Of a stretch of DNA of 64,000 bases, positions 28,301 through 38,623 are shown in pieces. The stretch is from an uncultured Mycoplasmatota bacterium (GTDB taxonomy: Bacteria > Bacillota_I > Bacilli_A > RF39 > UBA660), in NCBI GenBank assembly GCA_946639185.1, contig CAMPBR010000001.1, positions 19,550-83,549 on the forward strand, in the 5' to 3' direction. Each line of letters begins with the position of its first letter. The stretch's first letter is position 1. The notes below the pieces were generated by a model. It made no database searches, was not told where the DNA came from, and saw only the letters and a list, made by a program, of their open reading frames with translations. Made by a program: the position numbers and the translations under genes.

Positions 28301-29905
28301 ATGAATGGAAAGAAAAAATTAAAATTAAAAAAATTTCATTTGCATCCAGTTACTGCTTTTATATTATTAACTTTATTAACAATTATACTAAGTGGTATCT
28401 TATCATTGATAGGAGCACAAGCCACTTATACAACTGTTAATCCAGTAACAGGAAACATTGAAAAAAACTTAGTAGTAGTAGAAAATTTATTTAGTTTTAG
28501 TGGCTTACAATATTTAATAAGTAGTGCTACAAAGAATTTTATAAGTTTTACTACATTAAGTAATTTGCTTATAGCATTAATAGGTCTTGGTATATGCCAA
28601 GCAACCGGTCTTTTAGATACTTTTATTAAAAGAGTATTAACAAAAATAGATAATCGTAAATTAACATTTATAATTATACTTGGAGCTACTGTTTCAAGTT
28701 TAATAAACGATATTGGATATGTAATCATTATTCCACTTGCAGCAATTACCTTCTATAAAAATAATAGAAATCCAATTGCTGGAATAGTAACTGCTTTTTG
28801 TGGAGTAGCATTTGGTTATGGAGTTACTTTGTTTGTTGGATCAATGGATGTTAACCTAGTAACAATATCAGAATCATCTGCTAGATTAATAGATAGTACA
28901 TATCATGTTGCTTTAACATCAAATTTAATTATAATAATAGTTACTACAATTATTTTATCAGTAGCTGGAACTATTATTATGGAAAAAGCAATTATTCCTA
29001 AATTGGGAAGATATTCTACAAGAGTAGAAAATGATTTCTCAAAAACTGAAGAAATAGAAATAGTTAATTCAGCTGAAGATGATGAACAAAGAAGATTAAA
29101 AGAAGAAATATATGAAAAAAAAGGTATGAAGAATGCATTAATAGTAGCAATAATATTTGCTATAATATTTATCTATTCTTTAATACCAAATTTACCATTT
29201 TCAGGATTATTACTTGATATGAATGAAACAACATATTTAAATCAAGTATTTGGTCCAAATGCGTATTTCCAAGATGGATTTACATTTGTAGTATCATTAT
29301 TCTTTATAGCAACAGGTTTAGCCTATGGATATGGTGCTAAAACTTTAACAAATGATAAAGATTTAATGATAGATTCATCAAAGTATATCCAAGAAGTAAC
29401 ATTTTTAATACCATTAGTATTTTTCGCAACAGAATTTGTAGCAGTATTTAGAAAAACTAATATACCTACATTAATTACTGCATGGGGATCTAATATAATT
29501 AATAGTTTAAGCTTTACTGGATTACCATTAATCATATTAATAGTTGTAGTTTTGGCATTAGTTAATATATTTAATCCCGTAACTACTGCTAAATGGACAA
29601 TAATGGCGCCAGTAGTAATACCAAGATTAATGCAATCTAATATTTCACCAGAATTTGGACAATTTATATTAAGAGCAACAGATTCAATGACAAATGGTAT
29701 TACACCACTTCTTACTTATTTCGTTATATATATAGGATATTTAAATATTTATAATCCTAATAAGAATAAACCATTTACTATTGGAAAAGCCATTAAAATA
29801 ATAGTACCATATTGTATTATTATAAGTTTAGTATGGATAGCTATCATATTATTATGGTATTTAGCTGGACTTCCAATTGGTGCTGGAGTAAATCCAACTT
29901 TATAG
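28301..29905 (+). CDS. AbgT-family transporter (putative)
   Basis: A polytopic membrane protein of about 535 aa whose N-terminal HPVTAFILL-type segment and length fit AbgT/YdaH. The ATG at 28301 follows GAGGAG. Confidence 0.5.
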   Translation: MNGKKKLKLKKFHLHPVTAFILLTLLTIILSGILSLIGAQATYTTVNPVTGNIEKNLVVVENLFSFSGLQYLISSATKNFISFTTLSNLLIALIGLGICQATGLLDTFIKRVLTKIDNRKLTFIIILGATVSSLINDIGYVIIIPLAAITFYKNNRNPIAGIVTAFCGVAFGYGVTLFVGSMDVNLVTISESSARLIDSTYHVALTSNLIIIIVTTIILSVAGTIIMEKAIIPKLGRYSTRVENDFSKTEEIEIVNSAEDDEQRRLKEEIYEKKGMKNALIVAIIFAIIFIYSLIPNLPFSGLLLDMNETTYLNQVFGPNAYFQDGFTFVVSLFFIATGLAYGYGAKTLTNDKDLMIDSSKYIQEVTFLIPLVFFATEFVAVFRKTNIPTLITAWGSNIINSLSFTGLPLIILIVVVLALVNIFNPVTTAKWTIMAPVVIPRLMQSNISPEFGQFILRATDSMTNGITPLLTYFVIYIGYLNIYNPNKNKPFTIGKAIKIIVPYCIIISLVWIAIILLWYLAGLPIGAGVNPTL

Positions 29906-29973
29906 AGAACTATGTTCTCTTTTTTTTATGATTGTGTTATAATAGTATTATCAAGAATATAGGAGTGAACAAC

Positions 29974-30681
29974 ATGAAAAAAAATTCATACAAATTAGTA
30001 ATACCAATATTTATAGTATTAACTATAATAGTAACAGATGTACTTGTAGTAAAAAAATTTGTAGAAAGTAATACAAAAGAACCAATTAAAGTAGTAGAAG
30101 TAATAACAAAGCAACAGTTAAAAGAAGATACACCAATTGATCTATCTAAATGTTTAAATAATCCAATAGATGATAAAGAACGTACATATAGTATAGATAA
30201 AATAATTGCTATAAATGAAGTATATGATAATAATAAATTTGAAATAAGTGAAAATAAAAAAAGTGTTACTATAATTACAGGACTTAAAAAGACTTATTAT
30301 GAATCTGGTTTATTAAAAACAATTGAAAATGAAAATCCTACAACTATAGAAATAACAGGTTTTAATACAAAAGTTAAACAAGTACTTTTTAATATTAATG
30401 GAAATGGTGGAATACCAAATAAAATCTTATTTTTACTTGAAGATGGAACAGTTGAATATATTGATATACAATATATAAATAATAAAATAACAGAAAATGA
30501 ATCTACATATTATATTGAAACTATAACAGGAATAAGTGAATTAAAAACAATACCTATAGCTAATATTGTTACATTATATAATGGTGGAATATATGTTACT
30601 GGTGATACAGATGGAAATACTACAGTATTAGCAAGTACTAATGATGGAAGTTTTTATAATTTAAATTATGTATTTGAATAG
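29974..30681 (+). CDS. hypothetical membrane-anchored protein
   Basis: One N-terminal TM segment (LVIPIFIVLTIIVTDVLVV) followed by a beta-rich extracytoplasmic part. I recognise no motif. RBS is AGGAGTG. Confidence 0.5.
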   Translation: MKKNSYKLVIPIFIVLTIIVTDVLVVKKFVESNTKEPIKVVEVITKQQLKEDTPIDLSKCLNNPIDDKERTYSIDKIIAINEVYDNNKFEISENKKSVTIITGLKKTYYESGLLKTIENENPTTIEITGFNTKVKQVLFNINGNGGIPNKILFLLEDGTVEYIDIQYINNKITENESTYYIETITGISELKTIPIANIVTLYNGGIYVTGDTDGNTTVLASTNDGSFYNLNYVFE

Positions 30682-30756
30682 AGAGGACATAGTTCTCTTT
30701 TTTAATTGAATAAAAAATAAATTTGTGATAAAATATGTCTAGAAAAGAGGGATATT

Positions 30757-31857
30757 ATGGGTTTAACAGCCGGTATCGTTGGTCTTCCTAATGTTGGAAA
30801 ATCAACATTATTTAATGCAATAACAAAGAAAAGTATTCTAGCAGCAAATTACCCTTTTGCAACAATAGAACCAAATGTTGGTGTGGTAACAGTACCAGAT
30901 GAAAGATTAGACAAATTAAATGAAATGTATCATCCTGAAAGATTGATTCCAACTGCATTTGAATTTACAGATATTGCAGGGCTTGTAAAAGGAGCAGCTC
31001 AAGGAGAAGGATTAGGAAATAAATTCTTATCACATATAAGAGAGACAGATGCTATCGTAGAAGTAGTAAGATGCTTTGAAAATAATGATATTATTCATGT
31101 AGAAGGAGAAGTTGATCCTATTCGTGATATAGAGATAATTAATCTAGAATTAATTTTAGCTGACTTAGAAAGTATAGGTAATCGTATTGAAAAAATAGAA
31201 AAAAAAGTTAAAACTGGTAGTAAAGATAAAGATGAAATATTAGAGTTAGAGGCTTTAATTAAAGCAAAAGATGCATTAGAAAAAAATATAGCTTTAAGAA
31301 GTGTTGACTTTACTAAAGAAGAAAGACTAGCTATTAAGTCATATAATTTTTTAACATTAAAGCCAATTATTTATATGGCTAATATTAATGAGGAAGATAT
31401 TAATAATACTAATGATCATGTTAAAAAAGTAGAAGAATATGCTAAAAAAGAAGGAGCAAAAGTAATCAAAGTTTGTGCTAAAATTGAAGAAGAATTATCA
31501 CAATTAGATGACCAAGATCACCAAGATATGTTAGAAGCTTTAGGTATTGAAATGAGTGGATTAGACCAATTGATTAAAGCAACATATGATTTATTAGGTT
31601 TAGCTACATATTTCACTGTAGGTACAGATGAAGTAAGAGCTTGGACTTTTAGAAAAGGTATGAATGCCAAAGAATGTGCAGGTATTATTCATACAGATTT
31701 CGAAAAAGGATTCATAAGAGCAGAAGTTATGTCATACACTGATTTAATAGAATGTGGTAGTGAATTAAAAGTTAAGGAAGCAGGACGTACACGTCTTGAG
31801 GGAAAAGATTATTTAATGCAAGATGGCGATATTTGCTACTTTAGATTTAATGTTTAA
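30757..31857 (+). CDS. ychF: redox-regulated ribosome-binding ATPase YchF
   Basis: Contains GIVGLPNVGKSTLFNA and a TGS-type C-terminus. Confidence 0.95.
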   Translation: MGLTAGIVGLPNVGKSTLFNAITKKSILAANYPFATIEPNVGVVTVPDERLDKLNEMYHPERLIPTAFEFTDIAGLVKGAAQGEGLGNKFLSHIRETDAIVEVVRCFENNDIIHVEGEVDPIRDIEIINLELILADLESIGNRIEKIEKKVKTGSKDKDEILELEALIKAKDALEKNIALRSVDFTKEERLAIKSYNFLTLKPIIYMANINEEDINNTNDHVKKVEEYAKKEGAKVIKVCAKIEEELSQLDDQDHQDMLEALGIEMSGLDQLIKATYDLLGLATYFTVGTDEVRAWTFRKGMNAKECAGIIHTDFEKGFIRAEVMSYTDLIECGSELKVKEAGRTRLEGKDYLMQDGDICYFRFNV

Positions 31858-31867
31858 GGAGAAAACT

Positions 31868-32509
31868 ATGAGAAATCAAATTTATTCAAAAATGTTTATG
31901 TGGCTATTTGTTGGCTTACTTGTTACATTTGTAACAGGAATTTATACAGCAACTAATGATTCTGCACTTAATGTTATATTTGGAAAAGGAGCATATATTT
32001 TCCTAGTATTAGCAGAACTATTTGTGGCTATATTTTTATCAGCACGAATTAGAAAAATGCAACCATCAACAGCTAAATTCTTATATTTATTATATGCATT
32101 CTTAACAGGATTAACATTTTCATCACTATTTATAGTATACAAATTAACATCAATTATATTAGTATTTGGTGTTTCAGCATTATTATTCTTAATCTTTGCT
32201 TTAATAGGAAGATATTCAAAACTAGATTTAAGTAGATTAGGAACTTATTTATTAATGATTTTATTTGGAATTATTATTTGTAGTATAGTAAATGTATTTA
32301 TAGGAAATACTACTTTTGATATAGTAATATGTATTATAAGTATAGTAGTTTTCTTAGGATATATTGCTTATGATGTTAAAAAAATTGAAAGATTAGAAGG
32401 ATTATTAGAAGAAGATAATTTAGCTATTTTAGGAGCATTTGAATTATATTTAGATTTTATAAATGTATTCATTGATTTATTAAGATTATTTGGAAATTCA
32501 AGAGATTAA
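31868..32509 (+). CDS. Bax inhibitor-1/YccA family membrane protein
   Basis: Seven predicted TM segments and a charged C-terminal loop pattern. The ATG at 31868 follows AAGGAGAA. Confidence 0.65.
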   Translation: MRNQIYSKMFMWLFVGLLVTFVTGIYTATNDSALNVIFGKGAYIFLVLAELFVAIFLSARIRKMQPSTAKFLYLLYAFLTGLTFSSLFIVYKLTSIILVFGVSALLFLIFALIGRYSKLDLSRLGTYLLMILFGIIICSIVNVFIGNTTFDIVICIISIVVFLGYIAYDVKKIERLEGLLEEDNLAILGAFELYLDFINVFIDLLRLFGNSRD

Positions 32510-32563
32510 TTAAAATCTCTTTTTTTTCTGCCCAACAACTGTTATACTTATAATGGTGAGGGT

Positions 32564-33124
32564 ATGGTAAACGGTAATTTTGATAGTAAATTTAAATCAT
32601 ATTTAGAAGATTGTAAAAGGCAGAATAATATTAAAAGTGTGATAATTATAACTAATAAACAATGCGTAATTGCGACATTAAGTGAAATGAATTTTATTCA
32701 GTTTAGTGAAAATGATGATTCACATAGTAAGCTGATTAGTTATTTAGAAAATTTAATTCATCCAAATGATAATACAACAGGTTGGGAATCATATAAACTA
32801 CATGATACATATCTACTATTAGAAGGACCAGAATTAACAATTAACTTACCATTAAGTAATAACTTAAGTATAAATCAAGCAGGATTTTTAATCGATATTT
32901 TAGGTGATATTTGTAAGTTTAATGCCGAGAATAATGATTTAATATCAATAGATATAATTTCCTCAACTGATTATAAAGAATATAAAACACATAATTTATA
33001 TATAATAGCAAAGTATATTTTATCAAAGATAACAGAAAAATCTTTAACTAGTGAAGAAAAAATCATAGGAAAAACTAGTATTAATAGTGATTTTGATAAT
33101 CCAAAAGTATATGAAAAACAATAA
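32564..33124 (+). CDS. hypothetical cytoplasmic protein
   Basis: 186-aa ORF with RBS GGTGAGGG and a downstream terminator. I recognise no domain. Confidence 0.5.
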   Translation: MVNGNFDSKFKSYLEDCKRQNNIKSVIIITNKQCVIATLSEMNFIQFSENDDSHSKLISYLENLIHPNDNTTGWESYKLHDTYLLLEGPELTINLPLSNNLSINQAGFLIDILGDICKFNAENNDLISIDIISSTDYKEYKTHNLYIIAKYILSKITEKSLTSEEKIIGKTSINSDFDNPKVYEKQ

Positions 33125-33225
33125 AAACCATTTACAAAATGGCTTTTTTTTGGTATATTACTAGGCGAGTATTTAATTATACTCCTTGCTAGAAATAGCC
33201 AATTGACCAAAAGGAGGTGTAGAAA

Positions 33226-33516
33226 ATGAGAAAGTATGAAATTATGTTCATCGTAAGACCTGATTTAGAAGAAGCTTCTATTAAGAAAATCGCTGAAGAT
33301 ATGAAAAACGTATTAACAGCTAAAAATGCTAAAGTTCTTGACGTTAAAGAAATGGGACAAAAAGAATTAGCATATGAAATGAACAAATACAAAACAGGTT
33401 ATTACTTCTTATTTACTATTGAATCAGAAACAGACGAAGCAACAAGAGAATTCGATCGTCTAGCTTTAATTAGCGAAGATATTATTCGTCATTTAGTAGT
33501 AAAAGTAGAAGAATAA
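33226..33516 (+). CDS. rpsF: 30S ribosomal protein S6
   Basis: Begins MRKYEIMFIVRPDLEE; part of the rpsF-ssb-rpsR operon. Confidence 0.95.
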   Translation: MRKYEIMFIVRPDLEEASIKKIAEDMKNVLTAKNAKVLDVKEMGQKELAYEMNKYKTGYYFLFTIESETDEATREFDRLALISEDIIRHLVVKVEE

Positions 33517-33528
33517 GAGAGGTTAATT

Positions 33529-33990
33529 ATGAATAAAGTTATTTTAATAGGAAGATTAACTAGAGACCCAGAACTACGTTATACAAGTAGTAATGTAGCA
33601 ACAGCATCATTTAGTGTAGCTGTTGACAGAAACTTCACTAATCAAAATGGAGAAAGAGAAGCAGATTTTATTAATATCGTAGTTTGGAGAAAACAAGCTG
33701 AAAATTGTAAAAACTATTTAACTAAAGGTAGTCAAGTAGCAATTGAAGGTAGAATTCAAACTAGAAACTATGATGGACAAGATGGAAAGAAAGTTTATGT
33801 TACTGAAGTAGTAGCTGATAACGTTCAATTTTTAGGAAGTAAGGGAGCAAGTAGTCAATCATTTGGTGATAGCACTACTCCATATGACTTTGCAGGAGAA
33901 CCAGCTAAAGAAACTACTGATGTATCAAGTGATCCATTTGCTGACTTCGGATCTTCTATTGAGATAAGTGATGATGAATTACCATTCTAA
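33529..33990 (+). CDS. ssb: single-stranded DNA-binding protein
   Basis: Contains an OB fold ([19 protein letters not shown]) and the acidic tip DDELPF. Confidence 0.95.
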   Translation: MNKVILIGRLTRDPELRYTSSNVATASFSVAVDRNFTNQNGEREADFINIVVWRKQAENCKNYLTKGSQVAIEGRIQTRNYDGQDGKKVYVTEVVADNVQFLGSKGASSQSFGDSTTPYDFAGEPAKETTDVSSDPFADFGSSIEISDDELPF

Positions 33991-34007
33991 AAAAGGAGGA
34001 TTATAAG

Positions 34008-34223
34008 ATGGCAGAATTTTTCAAGAAAAAAAGAAAAGTTTGTTACATGTGTACAGGTAAAAATATCGACTACAAAGATGTAGAAACTTTAAAGAGATAT
34101 ATCAATGATAAAGGTAAAATTTTACCAAGACGTATAACAGGAGCTTGTGCATTACATCAAAGACATATAGCTCATCAAATTAAAAGAGCTCGTGCTATTG
34201 GTTTATTACCATATACAAAGTAA
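34008..34223 (+). CDS. rpsR: 30S ribosomal protein S18
   Basis: Contains [13 protein letters not shown]...KILPRRITG...HQR. Confidence 0.95.
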   Translation: MAEFFKKKRKVCYMCTGKNIDYKDVETLKRYINDKGKILPRRITGACALHQRHIAHQIKRARAIGLLPYTK

Positions 34224-34251
34224 GATGATAAGTAATTATCATCTTTTTTTA
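34223..34251 (+). terminator. rho-independent terminator after rpsR
   Basis: AGATGATA-AGTAAT-TATCATCT followed by T7. Confidence 0.75.
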
Positions 34252-34291
34252 TTACCTATTTTGTAGTATAATTATATATATGGTGAAGTGT

Positions 34292-35254
34292 ATGAAAATA
34301 GAAAAAAGAATAAAAAGAATAATTAAAAAAAGTGATAACATTTTTGTTACAGGACATAAAAATTTAGATTTAGATGCAATAGGAGCATGCATTGGTATCT
34401 ATGCTATTGCTAAAAAATATAAAAAAGAATGCTACATAATAAATGATGATACAGAAAATGAATTAGGCGTTACTAAAATAATTGATGAAACAAGCACTGA
34501 TTATAATTTTATCAAAAGTGAAAAGATTCCAAATTTATATAAAAAACACAGTATTCTTATAGTAGTAGATACCAATAAAGCTAATTTAATTCAAAATGAT
34601 AAAATTCTTCACTATTTTAATAATATTATAGTAATAGATCACCATCAAGAAACAGAACAAACTATTAATGGTATAAATGTAATAAATGATAATATTTCAA
34701 GTGCCTGTGAAATGGTTACATTTTTAATTAGAGAATATGGTGTAGAAATAACTGAAGAAGAAGCAACTATTCTTTTATCGGGAATAGTGTTAGATACTAG
34801 TAATTTTACTAAAAAAGCTAGTGCAGATACTTTCTATGAAGCATATTCTTTAGTAGCTTATGGAGCAAATCCTAAAAAAGTTCAATATTACTTGAAAGAA
34901 GAACTCAAAGATTATATAATAAGAAACAAAGTTATTGTAAATACTGAGATTATTAATGATAATTTAGCTCTAGCAGTAGCTGAAAATTCTGATCTTTATA
35001 AAAAAGAAGAACTAGCAAAAATAGCTAATACTCTTATGAATTTTAATGATATTGATGCATCATTTGTTATTGGAAAAAGACAAGATGGTGGAGTAGGAAT
35101 TAGTGCTAGAAGCGAAGGAAATATTAATGTTGGTATTATAACTGAAAAACTAGGTGGAGGCGGCGATATATGTAATGCAGCTTGCCACATTACTGATATG
35201 TCCTTAAGTGAGACAGAAAGCGAGTTAAAAAAAGTTTTAAACGAGGAGGAATAA
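34292..35254 (+). CDS. stand-alone DHH/DHHA1 phosphoesterase (DhhP/NrnA-like)
   Basis: Contains the motifs DLDAIGA, VVDTN, IDHHQ and a DHHA1 LGGGGD...AAC. It occupies the gdpP slot upstream of rplI-dnaB. Confidence 0.75.
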   Translation: MKIEKRIKRIIKKSDNIFVTGHKNLDLDAIGACIGIYAIAKKYKKECYIINDDTENELGVTKIIDETSTDYNFIKSEKIPNLYKKHSILIVVDTNKANLIQNDKILHYFNNIIVIDHHQETEQTINGINVINDNISSACEMVTFLIREYGVEITEEEATILLSGIVLDTSNFTKKASADTFYEAYSLVAYGANPKKVQYYLKEELKDYIIRNKVIVNTEIINDNLALAVAENSDLYKKEELAKIANTLMNFNDIDASFVIGKRQDGGVGISARSEGNINVGIITEKLGGGGDICNAACHITDMSLSETESELKKVLNEEE

Positions 35255-35255
35255 T

Positions 35256-35696
35256 ATGAAAGTTGTATTCGTTAAAGACTTAAAAAAGACAGCTAAAAAA
35301 GGCGATATTAAAGAAGTAAAAGATGGTTATGCAGAAAACTATTTAATTAAAAATGGTTATGCAGTAGCTTTAACTGAAAAAAATATGCAAAATCTAAAAA
35401 AAGAAAATGCTAAGAAATTAGAAGAAGATAATAAATTAAGAGAAGAAGCTAATAAAGTAAAAGCTAATTTAGAAAAATTAACACTTGTTTTTAAAGTAAA
35501 AACAGGAGACCATGATAGAGTTTTTGGAAGTATTAGTCCAAAACAAATAAAAGAGGAATTACTAAAGAAAGGTTATAAGGTAGATAAAAGAGAAATGAAT
35601 TTAACTACATCACTTCAATCTTTAGGATTTCATAAAGTAGAGATAAATCTTTATAAAGATATCAAAGCAGAGGTAAAAGTACAATTAGTAAAATAG
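35256..35696 (+). CDS. rplI: 50S ribosomal protein L9
   Basis: Begins MKVVFVKDLKK...GDIKEVKDGYAENYLI. Confidence 0.95.
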   Translation: MKVVFVKDLKKTAKKGDIKEVKDGYAENYLIKNGYAVALTEKNMQNLKKENAKKLEEDNKLREEANKVKANLEKLTLVFKVKTGDHDRVFGSISPKQIKEELLKKGYKVDKREMNLTTSLQSLGFHKVEINLYKDIKAEVKVQLVK

Positions 35697-35712
35697 ATAG
35701 GTGGTGCTTAAT

Positions 35713-37080
35713 ATGGCAATGAAACAAATACCTAATGATTTAGTAGCTGAACAATCAGTTTTAGGGTCAATGATGTTATCCCCAGGAGCTGTTGAAAAAG
35801 CTTGCGAAAAATTATTTGCTAAATCATTTTATCAAGAAAAACATCAAATTATATTCCAAGCAATAGTTGATATACATGATAGAAAAGATCCAGTAGATTT
35901 AACAACTATTACAAGCGAATTAAATAATAAGAATAAATTAAACGAAGTTGGTGGTATGGAATACATAGCTGACTTATTAAGTATTGTACCAAATGCTGCT
36001 AATATTGATTCATATATCCAAATAGTAGAAGACAATTATATGTTAAGAAATGTAATTGAAACTTCTGCTGATATTTCAACACTAGCATATGAGCATAATG
36101 GTGAGGTATCTGAAATATTAGATCAAGTAGAAAGTAAAATAGTTGGAATAATTAAAAATAGAAGATCATCTGAATTTAAAAAAATTCAAGATGTATTAGA
36201 CGAAGTACAAACCAACCTTGAATTTTTATCAAAGAATAAAGGAGAAATTACTGGAGTACCAACTGGTTGGTATGAATTCGATAAATTAACAAGTGGACTA
36301 CATGAAAATCAATTAATTATTTTAGCTGCTCGTCCAGCCATGGGAAAAACTGCATTTGCATTAAATTTAGCAACACATGTAGCAACTCGTACTAATAAAA
36401 CGGTGGCTATATTCTCGCTAGAAATGGGTGCTGAACAATTAGCTAATCGTATTATTTCATCACTTGGTCAAATAGAAGGTCAAAAACTAACAAGTGGTAA
36501 TTTATTAAATGATGATTGGCGTAGAGTTACTGAAGCTAAAAGCCAGCTAGCAGGAGCTAAATTATATATTTGTGATGATGCTGGTGTCACAGTAGGAGAT
36601 GTTAAATCTAAATGTAGAAGGCTAGCAACATCTGAAGAAGGACTAGATTTAATTATAATTGACCACTTACAATTATTAACAATGGGTGGAAATTATGGTA
36701 ATAACCGTCAAGCAGAAATTACTGATATTTCACGTAACTTAAAGAAAATGGCAATGGAATTAAAAGTGCCAGTAATAGCCTTAGCTCAGTTATCTCGTGG
36801 TGTTGAATCACGTGAAGATAAACGTCCAAAGATGAGTGACTTAAGAGAATCTGGATCAATCGAACAAGATGCTGATATAGTAGCTTTACTTTATAGAGAT
36901 GACTATTATCAAGCACCTAAAGGTGGGGGAGAAGCAGTTGATCCAAGTTTAAGTGAATTAATTATTGGAAAACACCGTAATGGACCTACAGGTATGATTA
37001 ACTTATTATTCAAGAAAAGTACCAGTACGTTCTTAAACTTTAGTAATAATGAAGGTAATATAGGTGAAAATAATGGATAA
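35713..37080 (+). CDS. dnaB: replicative DNA helicase (DnaB family; DnaC in B. subtilis nomenclature)
   Basis: Contains IPNDLVAEQSVLGSM, Walker A ARPAMGKTAF and IIGKHRNGPTG. The ATG at 35713 lies 8 nt after AGGTGG. Confidence 0.95.
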   Translation: MAMKQIPNDLVAEQSVLGSMMLSPGAVEKACEKLFAKSFYQEKHQIIFQAIVDIHDRKDPVDLTTITSELNNKNKLNEVGGMEYIADLLSIVPNAANIDSYIQIVEDNYMLRNVIETSADISTLAYEHNGEVSEILDQVESKIVGIIKNRRSSEFKKIQDVLDEVQTNLEFLSKNKGEITGVPTGWYEFDKLTSGLHENQLIILAARPAMGKTAFALNLATHVATRTNKTVAIFSLEMGAEQLANRIISSLGQIEGQKLTSGNLLNDDWRRVTEAKSQLAGAKLYICDDAGVTVGDVKSKCRRLATSEEGLDLIIIDHLQLLTMGGNYGNNRQAEITDISRNLKKMAMELKVPVIALAQLSRGVESREDKRPKMSDLRESGSIEQDADIVALLYRDDYYQAPKGGGEAVDPSLSELIIGKHRNGPTGMINLLFKKSTSTFLNFSNNEGNIGENNG

Positions 37081-38623
37081 AAAAAGTATTTTTATATCAT
37101 TTATAGTATTTATAATATCATGTTTAGTTGTAGTGGTTGGAATGCATCCATATTCAACATATGCTAAAATAATAGGTATTAATAACTTTGGAAATAATCC
37201 AAGAGAGTTATATAAAGTATATTTAGCAGGTGAGACATTAGGTGTAATTGAATCAAAAAAAAAGCTAGAAGAATATATTGATATAAGACAACATGCTTTA
37301 AAAAACAAATATAACGTAGATAAAGTATATGCACCAAGTGATTTAAAGATTGTAAAAGAAATTACTTATGATACAAAAATAGCTAATGTAGAAGATATTT
37401 ATAAAAAAATAGAGAAAATCAAAGGAACTTCATCATTTACAATTGATGGATATAAAATATTTATTGAAGGATTAGAAAAAAAGACAGAATCAGGTGCTGA
37501 AAAAAAGGAAGATTTAACATTTTATGTACTTGATAAAAACGTTTTTGAAGATGCTGTAAAAACAACTATAACTGCCTTTGTAGATGAAGATAAGTATGAA
37601 TCATATATTAATGATACCCAAAAGAAATTAGAAGGAAATGATACAGGTTCATATATTGATAACCTTTATATTAACAATAATATTACTGTTACAAAAGGTA
37701 GAATACCAGTTGGTGATAATATTTTTACTGATGCAACAGAGTTAACAAAATTATTATTATTTGGAACAACAAAAGATCAAGAAAAATATGTAGTTCAATC
37801 TGGTGATACAATAACTACAATTGCTAATAATAATAAGTTATCTGTAGAAGAATTCTTAATTGCAAATAATCAATTTACATCCGCATCTGATTTATTATTT
37901 ACTGGTCAAGAAGTAAATCTTGGATTAATCACACCTCAATTTGATTTAATTGAGATTAAGACAGTAGTAGAAGAAAAAACAGTAGGTAAAGAAACAGTAT
38001 ATAAAAATGATGATACTCAATATGTTGGATATGAAAAGGTAGAGGATGAAGGATCAGATGGTTTGGCATTAGTAACACAGCATCAAGAAGTAACTAATGG
38101 TGAAATCACTAATACACTTAACACTACATCTACTACACTCATTCCAGCAGTAAGTAAAGTAGTAATCCGTGGTACTAAACAATACTCATATGGTGGCGGT
38201 AGTGGTATGAACTGGGATGTACCAGTTGGTTTAGGAAGTTGGGTTTGGCCTACAGCTACACCTTACAGTATTAGTAGTGGTTTTGGATGGCGTTGGGGTA
38301 AACTTCATGAAGGTATTGATATAACTGGCCCTGGATATGGATCACCAATAAAAGCAGCCAATAATGGTAGAGTTATACAATCTGGTTATACAGGAACAAA
38401 TGGTAACTATATAGTTATAAAACATGAGAATGATTATTATACAATGTATGCGCATTTAGCTTCACGTAATAAACAAGTTGGCGATGTAGTAATGGCAGGA
38501 GATAAAATTGGTACAATGGGTATATCAGGATTTGCAACAGGAGTACACTTACACTTTGCAATATATAGAGGTTATCCTTATCGTGGAGGTTCACCATTTA
38601 ACCCATTCAATATTTATAAATAA
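37073..38623 (+). CDS. LysM-domain M23 metallopeptidase
   Basis: Contains an N-terminal TM segment, LysM (YVVQSGDTITTIANNNKLSVEEFLIANN), and intact M23 motifs HEGIDI, YAHL and HLHFAI. Confidence 0.8.
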   Translation: MDKKSIFISFIVFIISCLVVVVGMHPYSTYAKIIGINNFGNNPRELYKVYLAGETLGVIESKKKLEEYIDIRQHALKNKYNVDKVYAPSDLKIVKEITYDTKIANVEDIYKKIEKIKGTSSFTIDGYKIFIEGLEKKTESGAEKKEDLTFYVLDKNVFEDAVKTTITAFVDEDKYESYINDTQKKLEGNDTGSYIDNLYINNNITVTKGRIPVGDNIFTDATELTKLLLFGTTKDQEKYVVQSGDTITTIANNNKLSVEEFLIANNQFTSASDLLFTGQEVNLGLITPQFDLIEIKTVVEEKTVGKETVYKNDDTQYVGYEKVEDEGSDGLALVTQHQEVTNGEITNTLNTTSTTLIPAVSKVVIRGTKQYSYGGGSGMNWDVPVGLGSWVWPTATPYSISSGFGWRWGKLHEGIDITGPGYGSPIKAANNGRVIQSGYTGTNGNYIVIKHENDYYTMYAHLASRNKQVGDVVMAGDKIGTMGISGFATGVHLHFAIYRGYPYRGGSPFNPFNIYK

